Assembly (NCBI GenBank): GCA_965658745.1
Contig: CBFHTK010000004.1
Span: forward strand, 55,960 to 119,959
DNA from: Saprospiraceae bacterium
Lineage (GTDB): Bacteria > Bacteroidota > Bacteroidia > Chitinophagales > Saprospiraceae
Reading direction: 5' to 3'
DNA: 64,000 bases
Shown here piece by piece: positions 56,228 through 64,000 of this stretch. Each line of letters opens with the position of its first letter. Position 1 is the first letter of the stretch. The notes below the pieces were generated by a model. The model made no database searches. It saw nothing but the letters and a program-made list of their open reading frames with translations, and had not been told where the DNA came from. The position numbers and the translations under genes were made by a program.

Positions 56228-57286
56228 ATGAAGATTTTGGCTCTTATTTCTTCTCGTTTGCTATACGGGGGACTAGTTCTTGTTCTGGTTTCTTCTTTAA
56301 TATCGACCTTGATATATCTTGGTCAAGTCGATCCCGCACGACTTAGTTTTGGACAGAGAGCAGATGTCCAAACAGTCGAGGCCAAAAGGGCAGCAATGGG
56401 ATTAGACGATCCTCTTTCGTATCAGCTTGCTAGGTATTTAGGAGATTTATCTCCTTTGCAAAGGGTTAATAATAGTAGACTTCTAATACTACCTTATCAG
56501 TATTCGAACGTGTATGTTGGTAATAGTCACACTTGGGTGTTTAAAAAACCCTATCTCCGTGAATCATTTCAGTCTGGTAGGTCTGTTGCGGATTTAATTA
56601 AAGAGGCGTTCCCTCTTACAGTAATTTTGGCAGTAAGTGCTTTTGGTATTGCTCTCTTTCTTGGCCTAGTAATGGGTATTCTTGCAGCTGTGCGTTATAA
56701 CGAGCCGATCGACCGTTTGATTATTGCGCTTAGCTCAATCGGGTATTCTCTTCCTAGTTACGTGGTAGCGATGGTTGTTGCAATTTTGTTTGCATACTAT
56801 CTGCAAGCTTGGACAGGACTAAATATTCAAGGGAGTATTTTCGAGCTGGACGAAATGGGGGATGAAATAATTGTTTGGAAGAATTTATTGCTCCCAGCTC
56901 TTGCTTTGGGAGTCAGACCTCTGGCGATCATTACGCAGATTACACGTTCATCAGTTTTGGACGTGTTATCAGCTCCATATATCAGAACTGCTCGAGCAAA
57001 AGGCTTAGCTTTTAGTAAGGTTATGAGGAAACATGTTTTGAGAAATGCTCTGAACCCGATCGGAACGGCAGTAAGTGGATGGTTTGCGTCTTTGTTGGCA
57101 GGCGCTTTTTTTGTCGAAACTGTTTTTAATTTTAAAGGTCTCGGTAGTTTGACAGTGGATGCTTTACTAAATTACGATGTACCATTAATACTGGGATGCA
57201 TCTTATTCACCTCTGTTTTGTTTGTCGTCATCAACCTGTTTACAGACTTGTTTTACATCCTAGTTGACCCACGTCAAAAAATATAG
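56228..57286 (+). CDS. ABC transporter permease (DppB/OppB-like binding-protein-dependent type)
   Basis: 352 aa with six TM helices. It has the EAA-type loop SAPYIRTARAKGLAFSKVMRKHVLRNAL. No cognate ATPase, second permease or binding protein is adjacent. Confidence 0.75.
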   Translation: MKILALISSRLLYGGLVLVLVSSLISTLIYLGQVDPARLSFGQRADVQTVEAKRAAMGLDDPLSYQLARYLGDLSPLQRVNNSRLLILPYQYSNVYVGNSHTWVFKKPYLRESFQSGRSVADLIKEAFPLTVILAVSAFGIALFLGLVMGILAAVRYNEPIDRLIIALSSIGYSLPSYVVAMVVAILFAYYLQAWTGLNIQGSIFELDEMGDEIIVWKNLLLPALALGVRPLAIITQITRSSVLDVLSAPYIRTARAKGLAFSKVMRKHVLRNALNPIGTAVSGWFASLLAGAFFVETVFNFKGLGSLTVDALLNYDVPLILGCILFTSVLFVVINLFTDLFYILVDPRQKI

Positions 57287-57527
57287 TGAATGGAATTTTG
57301 GCATAAAAAAGCAAACGCAATTAGCAGGAATAGTTTTCGATAAGATAAGAATTTTTGTTGCTTCGTTGGGACTATTGCATATGTTGCTGTGGCAAAGCAC
57401 AAAAAATCAGCAGGATATATTCAATGCCCCTGATTAATTTGTGTGGCTACATGGGCACTTATCTCCGATCTTAGATTAGGTTAAGGTGCTATTACCAATC
57501 TGATTATTAGTAAGAGTCTGACGAATT

Positions 57528-58181
57528 CTAGAATTCATAACCAATCCCCACGACCAGACGATCAGCCATGCTAGGAAAATGAAACTTATTGCCTTTATAA
57601 GTAATATGCTCACCGAAGAAGTTAGTACTCAGTTCATAGCGCAGGTCGAATCTCAATCGCCATATATCAATTCCTATTCCACCAAGATAGGAATAGGTAA
57701 AGCTTTCTGGTGTGACTGAATAACCATCAAGATTTTTTAATTCAGAAACTTGAATCAATGGAATATGTCCAGAGACGCCACCTTGGATATTGAACCATCC
57801 AAATTTTAAACCCATCACTACTGGTATGTTTAAGGAAGTGTATTGCTCTTTAAGAAATTGATCAGCTGAACTTAACTGAAGGTCTTCAATCTTGTAGTTT
57901 ACTGAATTGGAGTTGATAACTACCTCTGGCTGTAAAAATATCTTCCACACTGTTAGTCTACTGTAAAGCCCTACGTGATATCCGAAATTTACATCTTCAA
58001 TCGAAATTCTATAATCTTGTTGTGATTCATTTTGTAAAATGAGCGACTGAAAGTCACCATTTATGTATTGCATGGTATTCGCTCCAGCCTTAATACCTGC
58101 TTCAAGTTGAGGAAAACCAGTTTGTAACGACATTATTACAAACAACGCAATATATATAGCTACTTTTGAGTACCTGTTCAT
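57528..58181 (-). CDS. Outer-membrane beta-barrel (porin-family/PorT-like) protein
   Basis: 217 aa with a signal peptide and alternating beta-strand pattern. It ends in GIGYEF, an aromatic C-terminal residue typical of OM barrels. Confidence 0.5.
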   Translation of the reverse strand: MNRYSKVAIYIALFVIMSLQTGFPQLEAGIKAGANTMQYINGDFQSLILQNESQQDYRISIEDVNFGYHVGLYSRLTVWKIFLQPEVVINSNSVNYKIEDLQLSSADQFLKEQYTSLNIPVVMGLKFGWFNIQGGVSGHIPLIQVSELKNLDGYSVTPESFTYSYLGGIGIDIWRLRFDLRYELSTNFFGEHITYKGNKFHFPSMADRLVVGIGYEF

Positions 58182-58217
58182 AACGGTGATGTTTATCAGC
58201 TTTTAAAGCCAATAGTG

Positions 58218-58225
58218 CAAAAATA
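58218..58225 (-). promoter_or_regulatory. Bacteroidota -7 box candidate (TATTTTTG on the minus strand)
   Basis: CAAAAATA on the plus strand, 37 nt upstream of the start at 58181. Confidence 0.35.
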
Positions 58226-58295
58226 CAATTGATATACATAACTTGTCAAATAACAAGCCTGTCCATTTTATAAACGAATAAAAAAAGATAAAGTT

Positions 58296-58898
58296 ATGCC
58301 TCTTAATGATGTTTATTTTATTGGAAGTTTCCCAACGTACAATCAAACTCCAACTGAACAGTTTCCCGAGTTTGCATTTATTGGTAGAAGTAATGTTGGC
58401 AAGAGCTCGCTAATAAACATGATAACGGATCGTACACATCTGGCAAAGGTCTCCAATACACCAGGAAAAACACAGCTTATTAACTACTTTAAGGTAGATG
58501 AGTCATGGTATCTAGTTGACCTTCCTGGTTATGGATATGCAAAGCTTAGCAAAACTAAAAGGCTCGAATTCCGCAAAATGATTGAAGATTTTCTAGTTAG
58601 AAAACAGACTATCGTTTGCACTTTTGTTTTGCTAGATGTGCGACACGACCTGCAAGCTATCGATCTGGAGTTTATCAATTGGTGTGGAATGGCACAATTG
58701 CCTATTTGCCTGATTTTTACGAAAATGGATAAGTTGAGGCCAAATGAAAGAAAGAAGAATGTGGCGCGTCTTAAGAATTCTTTATTACAGCATTGGGAGA
58801 GTCTGCCGCCATTATTCTTAAGTTCTTCTGAAACAGCGGAAGGCAAAGATGAAATAGTAAGCTACATAGAAAAACTCGTCGAAAAAGTGTCGTCCTAA
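58296..58898 (+). CDS. engB: Ribosome-biogenesis GTPase YihA/YsxC (EngB)
   Basis: 200 aa. G1 is GRSNVGKSSLIN, the G2/G3 region is TPGKTQ...DLPGYGYA and G4 is TKMDK. Confidence 0.9.
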   Translation: MPLNDVYFIGSFPTYNQTPTEQFPEFAFIGRSNVGKSSLINMITDRTHLAKVSNTPGKTQLINYFKVDESWYLVDLPGYGYAKLSKTKRLEFRKMIEDFLVRKQTIVCTFVLLDVRHDLQAIDLEFINWCGMAQLPICLIFTKMDKLRPNERKKNVARLKNSLLQHWESLPPLFLSSSETAEGKDEIVSYIEKLVEKVSS

Positions 58899-58921
58899 AG
58901 GCTGTCCTCAAATATTTTTTG

Positions 58922-58929
58922 TACTTTTG
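58922..58929 (+). promoter_or_regulatory. Bacteroidota -7 box candidate (TACTTTTG)
   Basis: Matches TAnnTTTG, 63 nt upstream of the ATG at 58992. Confidence 0.35.
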
Positions 58930-58991
58930 ATGTAGTAAATAGGACGCAAGTAAACAGTAATCTGAAGTATAATTCTTAAAAATAGTACAAC

Positions 58992-59723
58992 ATGAAATTG
59001 ATCAGACAACTCTTAATTTTGACTTTTTGTCTTGGTGTTTTTTTGCCTAACCTAGCTGTGGCTCAAAGTAGCATCGGTTTTAATATTGGTATGGCATCAT
59101 ATGAAGGAGATTTAAACAAATTTGGTGAAGCAGATATGGACATATGGAGTTCTGGAGGCTTAAGTGTTGGTTTTTATGGTAAAAAGTCATTGGGAGACTT
59201 TTTTAATGTAGGCTTGGCTTATCAATTTGCCAGATTTACAGGTGATGATAGTGATTTTGGTGAAGGGTCTGGATTTGCAAGTCGTAACTTTAGTTTTGCT
59301 AATAGCATGCACGAAGTTACGCTTAAGGCAGATCTTGAACCCTTTAAGAGTTGGAAGGTTTCTCCGTTTCTTTCAGCTGGTGCTGGAGTAGCTTTTAATA
59401 ATCCGGGAACTATCTTCGATATTAGTAATAAATCCGACGAGCAAATTGCGAGAATTTCGCAAGATGAAACAGAAGTTCCAAGTGTTATTCTAGCAATTCC
59501 AGTTGGAGTCGGATTTAATTTCAATTTAACTGAAAAGCTAGCGATTAACTCCGAGTTTGCTATGAGACTGCCGATTTCAGACTATTTGGATGGAGTGTCT
59601 GTTTCTGCAGCTTCTGAATATAATGATTATTTCGGTTCAGGGGTAATAGGATTAACATATACTATTGGAAACACTAAAACGACTGAGGCTACTTTGCCCG
59701 CTGTCAAGGATGAAAATCTTTGA
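58992..59723 (+). CDS. Outer-membrane beta-barrel protein (DUF6089-like paralogue)
   Basis: 243 aa with a signal peptide. The mature start is QSSIGFNIGMASYEGDL, similar to the 40251-41108 protein. Beta-strand periodicity runs throughout. Confidence 0.5.
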   Translation: MKLIRQLLILTFCLGVFLPNLAVAQSSIGFNIGMASYEGDLNKFGEADMDIWSSGGLSVGFYGKKSLGDFFNVGLAYQFARFTGDDSDFGEGSGFASRNFSFANSMHEVTLKADLEPFKSWKVSPFLSAGAGVAFNNPGTIFDISNKSDEQIARISQDETEVPSVILAIPVGVGFNFNLTEKLAINSEFAMRLPISDYLDGVSVSAASEYNDYFGSGVIGLTYTIGNTKTTEATLPAVKDENL

Positions 59724-60344
59724 GAACAGATGATTCTTGAGTATCCTTCTTCAGGAGATTCTGGCGAGCAGAATCCCGCAGAGACGAAATCCAAGTAAAA
59801 GTAATAGAACTAGTTATTCAGGTGAACCTAAGAATAGCTATAAACTGTTTGTTTTATATTTTAAGCAATCGGAATTGTAATTGTACTACCTTGGAATTTT
59901 CATAACCAATTGGAAAAATTAAATTTAATCTCTTACAAGAGAAGTCGAGAGTTTTTCTGGGGATTTTGCCACATCTGATTGAGCAACTGAATCGAAGGGA
60001 ATTTGTCAAATTCTAAGGTTCCTGAATTTCTATTGAAGTTGCGAGATAAAACCGTACAATGTTCAACGATTTATTCAAGGAGTGGCAAAGCATAGAGTAA
60101 TCCAGTCTTTTTGTTTTGGTAAATGTTGATAAACAAGTTAATTGATTTAGAAGAATCTCGAAGCTCAAGTAAAAGAGATGTTATTCAATTCTGATCTAGT
60201 TTCTATTTTGTATCTATAGAAGAAAAGTTTTTACAATTATCTTTCTCACATACCTACGTAGATAAAGCTCGCTAGTAAGTCATAAGTGGAAGTTCATCTA
60301 TCGCTATTTTGGAAATAAGCTGTTTTTTAATCGTTCAATCTCAT

Positions 60345-60352
60345 TAGTTTTG
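60345..60352 (+). promoter_or_regulatory. Bacteroidota -7 box candidate (TAGTTTTG)
   Basis: Matches TAnnTTTG, 19 nt upstream of the ATG at 60371. Confidence 0.4.
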
Positions 60353-60370
60353 TAGTTTTACGACTGCATT

Positions 60371-62059
60371 ATGGCAGCAGTTTTCCCACATATTATTCCA
60401 GAGATAGAAACCTGGCCCATTTTCAAGCTCAGTCAGAGACGTGAGGCGTTTATTCAGTCCATCATTCAAGGCGTTACAGAGGAATTTCTTACAAAGCCCG
60501 ACAGCGAAATTGAAGAGATCCTTTCGAAGACTATTTATTTAGAAATTAAAAGATGTAAGGAAAATCCTTGGAAAGTTGATCCACGAAACGAAGTCAAGTA
60601 TTGGCGAAGTCTACGCAAAGAATTGGAGAATAACTTGAAAGCAGAGAACGCTACTGAACTAAATATTGCCTTGCTCCAACGAATAACGAACCGTTACTCG
60701 GAGGAGATTGTGGGTAATTTCAAAGTGCGAACATTTCGACTAGCACGGAAAGCTTTAACTTCTATCTTTAGACGTCTCCTTAATTCAGCATCTGGCAAGA
60801 ATCATAGACGTCTTTGGGGATCTCAATATCAGCTATATGAAAGATTGCTTGTTAAAGGTCCCATTGAAAAAGTTAGAACTTTATCTGAGCAAGGAACCGT
60901 AATCATTGTTCCAACGCATTTTAGCAACCTTGATTCAATATTAATTGGCTATGCTATTGATGGAATAATGGGACTTCCTGCTTTTCATTATGGAGCCGGT
61001 TTGAATTTATACGATCTTGAATTGGTCGCTTATTTCATCAATCGATTGGGAGCATACAAAGTCGATCGTAGGAAGAAAAACCCTATATATCTTACGACTC
61101 TCAAGACAATGTCTTTGAATAGTATAAAAGATGGTGTCAACACCCTGTTTTTCCCAGGAGGCACAAGATCGAGAAGCGGTGCTTTGGAAAAAACACTAAA
61201 AATGGGGCTTTTAGGTACCGTTATCGAAGCTCAACGCAAAAGACTGGAAGATGGTGACAAAAAGAAGATTTTCGTTGTTCCCCTGATTTTAAGCTATCAT
61301 TTTGTTCTTGAAAGTAAATTTATGATCGAACAGCATCTCAAGGTGATAGGACAAGAACAATATCTTGGAAGCAAGGACGCTGCAAAAAGCTACAAGAGTT
61401 ATATCAAGTTTCTTTGGGATTTGTTTGCTCAAGGATCGGAAATATACATGACACTGGGAGAACCTATGGATGTTGTCGGAAATCACGTAGATGAACATGG
61501 TGAATCATTTGATCGAAAAGACAGATCAGTAGAGATTGACGAGTACTTTAAGTTGGATGGGGAACTTGACAAGAATCCGCAGCGAGAATATGTATACACT
61601 AAGATTTTAGCAGAGAAGATTGTCGAATCTTTTCACAAGGATAATACCGTTTTGTCCTCTCATGTTGTTGCCTTTACTTTATTCAGAATGATTTTGGAGA
61701 AGTTTCCAGATGAATCAATATTCAACGTATTAGCACATGATGCTTCTAAACTTACTTTTGATTACGATGTTTTCAAAGAGAGAATCGTGCTCACACAGAT
61801 CGCATTGCAAAGAATGGCGGAAAAATCTCAATTGAAGATAACCGAGGTTCTTCGAGGTGATCCGGATCATCTAATAACAACGGGAATTAGTAATATGGGT
61901 GTTTATCACTCCAACAAGCCTGTGTTTATTAATGATCGAAACCAAATTGAAACAGAAGATTTAAAACTGCTGTATTATTATCACAATAGGTTGGATCAAT
62001 ATGAACTAGAGAAGCGAGTCGACAAAATATTGGAAAAGAAAAAAGTGGAGAAAGAGTGA
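60371..62059 (+). CDS. Large glycerolipid acyltransferase (PlsB/GPAT-like, 1-acyl-sn-glycerol-3-phosphate acyltransferase family)
   Basis: 562 aa with the acyltransferase motif I PTHFSNLDS (H-x4-D) and motif III FFPGGTRSRSG. Confidence 0.7.
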   Translation: MAAVFPHIIPEIETWPIFKLSQRREAFIQSIIQGVTEEFLTKPDSEIEEILSKTIYLEIKRCKENPWKVDPRNEVKYWRSLRKELENNLKAENATELNIALLQRITNRYSEEIVGNFKVRTFRLARKALTSIFRRLLNSASGKNHRRLWGSQYQLYERLLVKGPIEKVRTLSEQGTVIIVPTHFSNLDSILIGYAIDGIMGLPAFHYGAGLNLYDLELVAYFINRLGAYKVDRRKKNPIYLTTLKTMSLNSIKDGVNTLFFPGGTRSRSGALEKTLKMGLLGTVIEAQRKRLEDGDKKKIFVVPLILSYHFVLESKFMIEQHLKVIGQEQYLGSKDAAKSYKSYIKFLWDLFAQGSEIYMTLGEPMDVVGNHVDEHGESFDRKDRSVEIDEYFKLDGELDKNPQREYVYTKILAEKIVESFHKDNTVLSSHVVAFTLFRMILEKFPDESIFNVLAHDASKLTFDYDVFKERIVLTQIALQRMAEKSQLKITEVLRGDPDHLITTGISNMGVYHSNKPVFINDRNQIETEDLKLLYYYHNRLDQYELEKRVDKILEKKKVEKE

Positions 62060-62598
62060 ATTTTATCGTTTATGATTTAGAGGCAACTTGCTGGATGGGA
62101 AGACCTCCAGGTGGAGTTAATGAGATCATTGAAATTGGTGCTGTTAAGGTAAATAGGTATGGTGAAGTATTAGGTACATTCAACAAGTTTGTTAAGCCAC
62201 ATGTGAACCCATATCTTTCTCATTTTTGCACCAAACTTACTTCAATTCAGCAATCTGATGTAGATAGAGCTCAGAAGTTCGACAAGGTATCTGAGCAATT
62301 TCAGGAGTGGATTGATATATGGGATGAGGATTATATTTTGTGTGCTTGGGGAGATGCTGACATTCGTTTACTTCGTGGGGATTGTAAACTTCATAAACTC
62401 GACGATGATTGGCTTGATAACTATCTTAATATTAAACAACAATATCACTCCTTGGTCAACGCCGCTAGAAAAACAGGATTAAAGGCTACAATCAAGAGGG
62501 AAGGGTTTGAGTTTACAGGAATTCAACATCGAGCGATAGCAGATGCCGAGAATACAGCAAAGATATTTATCAAGTATATCGATATGTGGAGATACTAA
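62056..62598 (+). CDS. DEDDh 3'-5' exonuclease (ERI-1/KapD-like)
   Basis: 180 aa with a GTG start in a GTGA overlap. Exo I is VYDLEATC, Exo II is AWGDADIRLL and Exo III is HRAIADAENTAKIF. Confidence 0.7.
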   Translation: MNFIVYDLEATCWMGRPPGGVNEIIEIGAVKVNRYGEVLGTFNKFVKPHVNPYLSHFCTKLTSIQQSDVDRAQKFDKVSEQFQEWIDIWDEDYILCAWGDADIRLLRGDCKLHKLDDDWLDNYLNIKQQYHSLVNAARKTGLKATIKREGFEFTGIQHRAIADAENTAKIFIKYIDMWRY

Positions 62599-62652
62599 AT
62601 TCTAAATAATTCCAAAAACTTCATTTACTCTATCCATAGCATGAATGATTTG

Positions 62653-63147
62653 CTAAACTAAGTGCACACTTTTTTCGTCTACATTTTTCAATTGAACTTC
62701 GATGTGTTCGCCAATTGTTGTAGCTAATGAAAGACCAACATAGTTTGAGTGAATTGGGTAATTCTTATGCTTTCTATCAACTAGTACTGCTATCTCAATT
62801 TTTTCAGGTAATGTCTCCAAAAGGGGTTTGAACCCAAAAAAGAGTGTACGCCCAGTGTTTGCAACATCATCAACAAGTACGATAGTCTTTCCCTTGAGCT
62901 TGTCTTTGTCAATATTGATAAGCACTTCCTCAGCTATGGGATCGGCAGCATTAACTCTTACTTTTAGGTAGTGAATAGGAATATCCGTGTTGCGTTTCAT
63001 ATACAAACCAAGACTTTTTGCAAAACTTAAGCCATTGTTATTGATCCCCGCTAAGTAAATTTCGTCGACACCATAGTTCCTTTCCAGAATCTGAATCGCC
63101 AAACGTTTGGTCTTTTGTCTAATTTGCTCCTGATTTAGAATTAACAT
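62653..63147 (-). CDS. Phosphoribosyltransferase, PyrR-like
   Basis: 164 aa with the PRPP-binding loop IVLVDDVANTGRTL. Size and N-terminal region resemble PyrR/uracil PRTase proteins. Confidence 0.65.
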   Translation of the reverse strand: MLILNQEQIRQKTKRLAIQILERNYGVDEIYLAGINNNGLSFAKSLGLYMKRNTDIPIHYLKVRVNAADPIAEEVLINIDKDKLKGKTIVLVDDVANTGRTLFFGFKPLLETLPEKIEIAVLVDRKHKNYPIHSNYVGLSLATTIGEHIEVQLKNVDEKSVHLV

Positions 63148-63321
63148 AGCTTCCCATTTTTATTATAATAGATACACGTAATTGTATATTATTATGCTAG
63201 CTTTATTATTAATCATTTTTTTGACTTGAAGTCAGAAAAATTGTATTATTACCTTGATGACTATCGAACATTGGATATTGTCGAATCATCATCATGAAAC
63301 AAAAATACACATCCTTTTCAA

Positions 63322-64000
63322 ATGAGCATTAGTCAAGTACTTTTTACAATCGTTTTTTTAATAGTTCTATACTTCGGCAAGAAGTGGTACACTCGTGTTT
63401 ATCGAAATATAATGCTAGGAAAACCCGAGGCGATCGAAGGTGATGAAGGCAAACGAATGAAGAACATGCTTTTAGTGGCTTTTGGACAAAAGAAAATGTT
63501 CAAACGATTACTACCAGCCTTTTTGCACCTATTTATTTACGTAGCATTTCTATTTACTCAAGTTGAACTAATCGAAATCATCATTGATGGTTTTTCGGGA
63601 CAACACAGAATATTTGCTCCCTTTTTAGGTAGTTTTTACACATTGATAATTTCGACGATCGAGATACTGTCGGTTCTAGCACTGATTGCGACTTTTGTTT
63701 TTCTTGCTAGACGTAATCTGCTTCCATTTATGGGGAAGCCAATTTCTCGATTTGAAAAATCTGAAATGAAAGGTTGGCCAAAGTTAGATGCAAATATTAT
63801 TCTCTTTGGCGAAATAGCTCTGGTAACAGGAATCTTTATGATGAATGGAGCAGATGTTGTTCTTCAGGGTCTCGATCCCGAACATTATCACCAAACAGGA
63901 TCATTTGCCATTTCAAGTTGGCTTGGACCTGCGGTTTTCGGAGGATTACCGAAGGAACTTCTAGTACTGATAGAAAGGAGTGGCTGGTGGCTACATTTAT
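63322..64000 (+). CDS. Membrane N-terminal part of an (Fe-S)-binding oxidoreductase-like protein (partial, runs off the window)
   Basis: I translated from the ATG at 63322 (MSISQVLFTIVFLIVLYFGKKWY...GQKKMFKRLLPAFLHLFIYVAFLF...). The frame stays open to the window edge, and I count at least four TM helices. It resembles the membrane domain that precedes the Cys clusters in Bacteroidota Fe-S oxidoreductases. It is not in the supplied ORF track because no stop is reached. Confidence 0.45.
   Translation, partial: MSISQVLFTIVFLIVLYFGKKWYTRVYRNIMLGKPEAIEGDEGKRMKNMLLVAFGQKKMFKRLLPAFLHLFIYVAFLFTQVELIEIIIDGFSGQHRIFAPFLGSFYTLIISTIEILSVLALIATFVFLARRNLLPFMGKPISRFEKSEMKGWPKLDANIILFGEIALVTGIFMMNGADVVLQGLDPEHYHQTGSFAISSWLGPAVFGGLPKELLVLIERSGWWLHL

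Noticed and set aside
1-64000. Search by eye for CRISPR arrays, tRNA/rRNA genes, transposases/integrases, restriction-modification, toxin-antitoxin or other canonical defence genes
   Set aside because: I saw no regularly spaced direct repeats, no tRNA-like T-arm or acceptor pattern in any intergenic region, and no ORF with recombinase, nuclease-methylase or TA hallmarks. Absence by eye is not proof; tRNAscan, Infernal and a defence-system HMM scan would confirm it.

Overview
This is an AT-rich chromosomal segment that looks like Bacteroidota, probably a Flavobacteriia-type gliding bacterium. The evidence for that is gldA-gldF-gldG, four proteins ending in T9SS (Por) C-terminal sorting domains, bshC, DUF6089-like beta-barrels, and TAnnTTTG boxes upstream of many genes. 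All family calls rest on motifs I can read in the translations plus remembered family architectures; no database search was run.

Most of the window is densely packed core genes. These are ftsX, uppP, truB, gldAFG, rluD, nth, tilS, mltG, panB, pdhA, recF, recQ, mnmA, rimM, dnaG, dapB, accD, bshC, engB, a PlsB-like acyltransferase and others. Many are joined by 1-17 nt overlaps and several use GTG or TTG starts. I found no rRNA, tRNA, CRISPR array, transposase or integrase.

Two accessory patches stand out.

(1) 9.5-24.3 kb is a T9SS-cargo island with unusually long non-coding spacers.
- It holds a GEVED/Fn3 protein, a TPR-PD40-SPOR protein and a small GtrA-like protein.
- It also holds two colinear giant paralogues of about 1,480-1,500 aa, joined by a TAATG stop/start overlap.
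- Each giant combines HYR-like modules with a dockerin-like module, a cohesin-like module and a T9SS tail in one chain.

(2) 49.9-52.6 kb is a tightly coupled three-gene cluster: a fibre-like secreted protein, a Cys-rich lipoprotein and an M43 metalloprotease with a T9SS tail.
- Its first gene is preceded by a GC-rich octanucleotide tandem repeat (AGTCGCCC, 4 full copies plus a partial one).
- The repeat lies between a well-placed ATG and the hydrophobic core of the signal peptide.
- At the present copy number the ATG is out of frame. One copy fewer would restore a complete signal peptide. This is a candidate slipped-strand phase switch.

A lone exported TPR-CHAT (caspase-like) protein at 33-35.6 kb is a third item worth a look.
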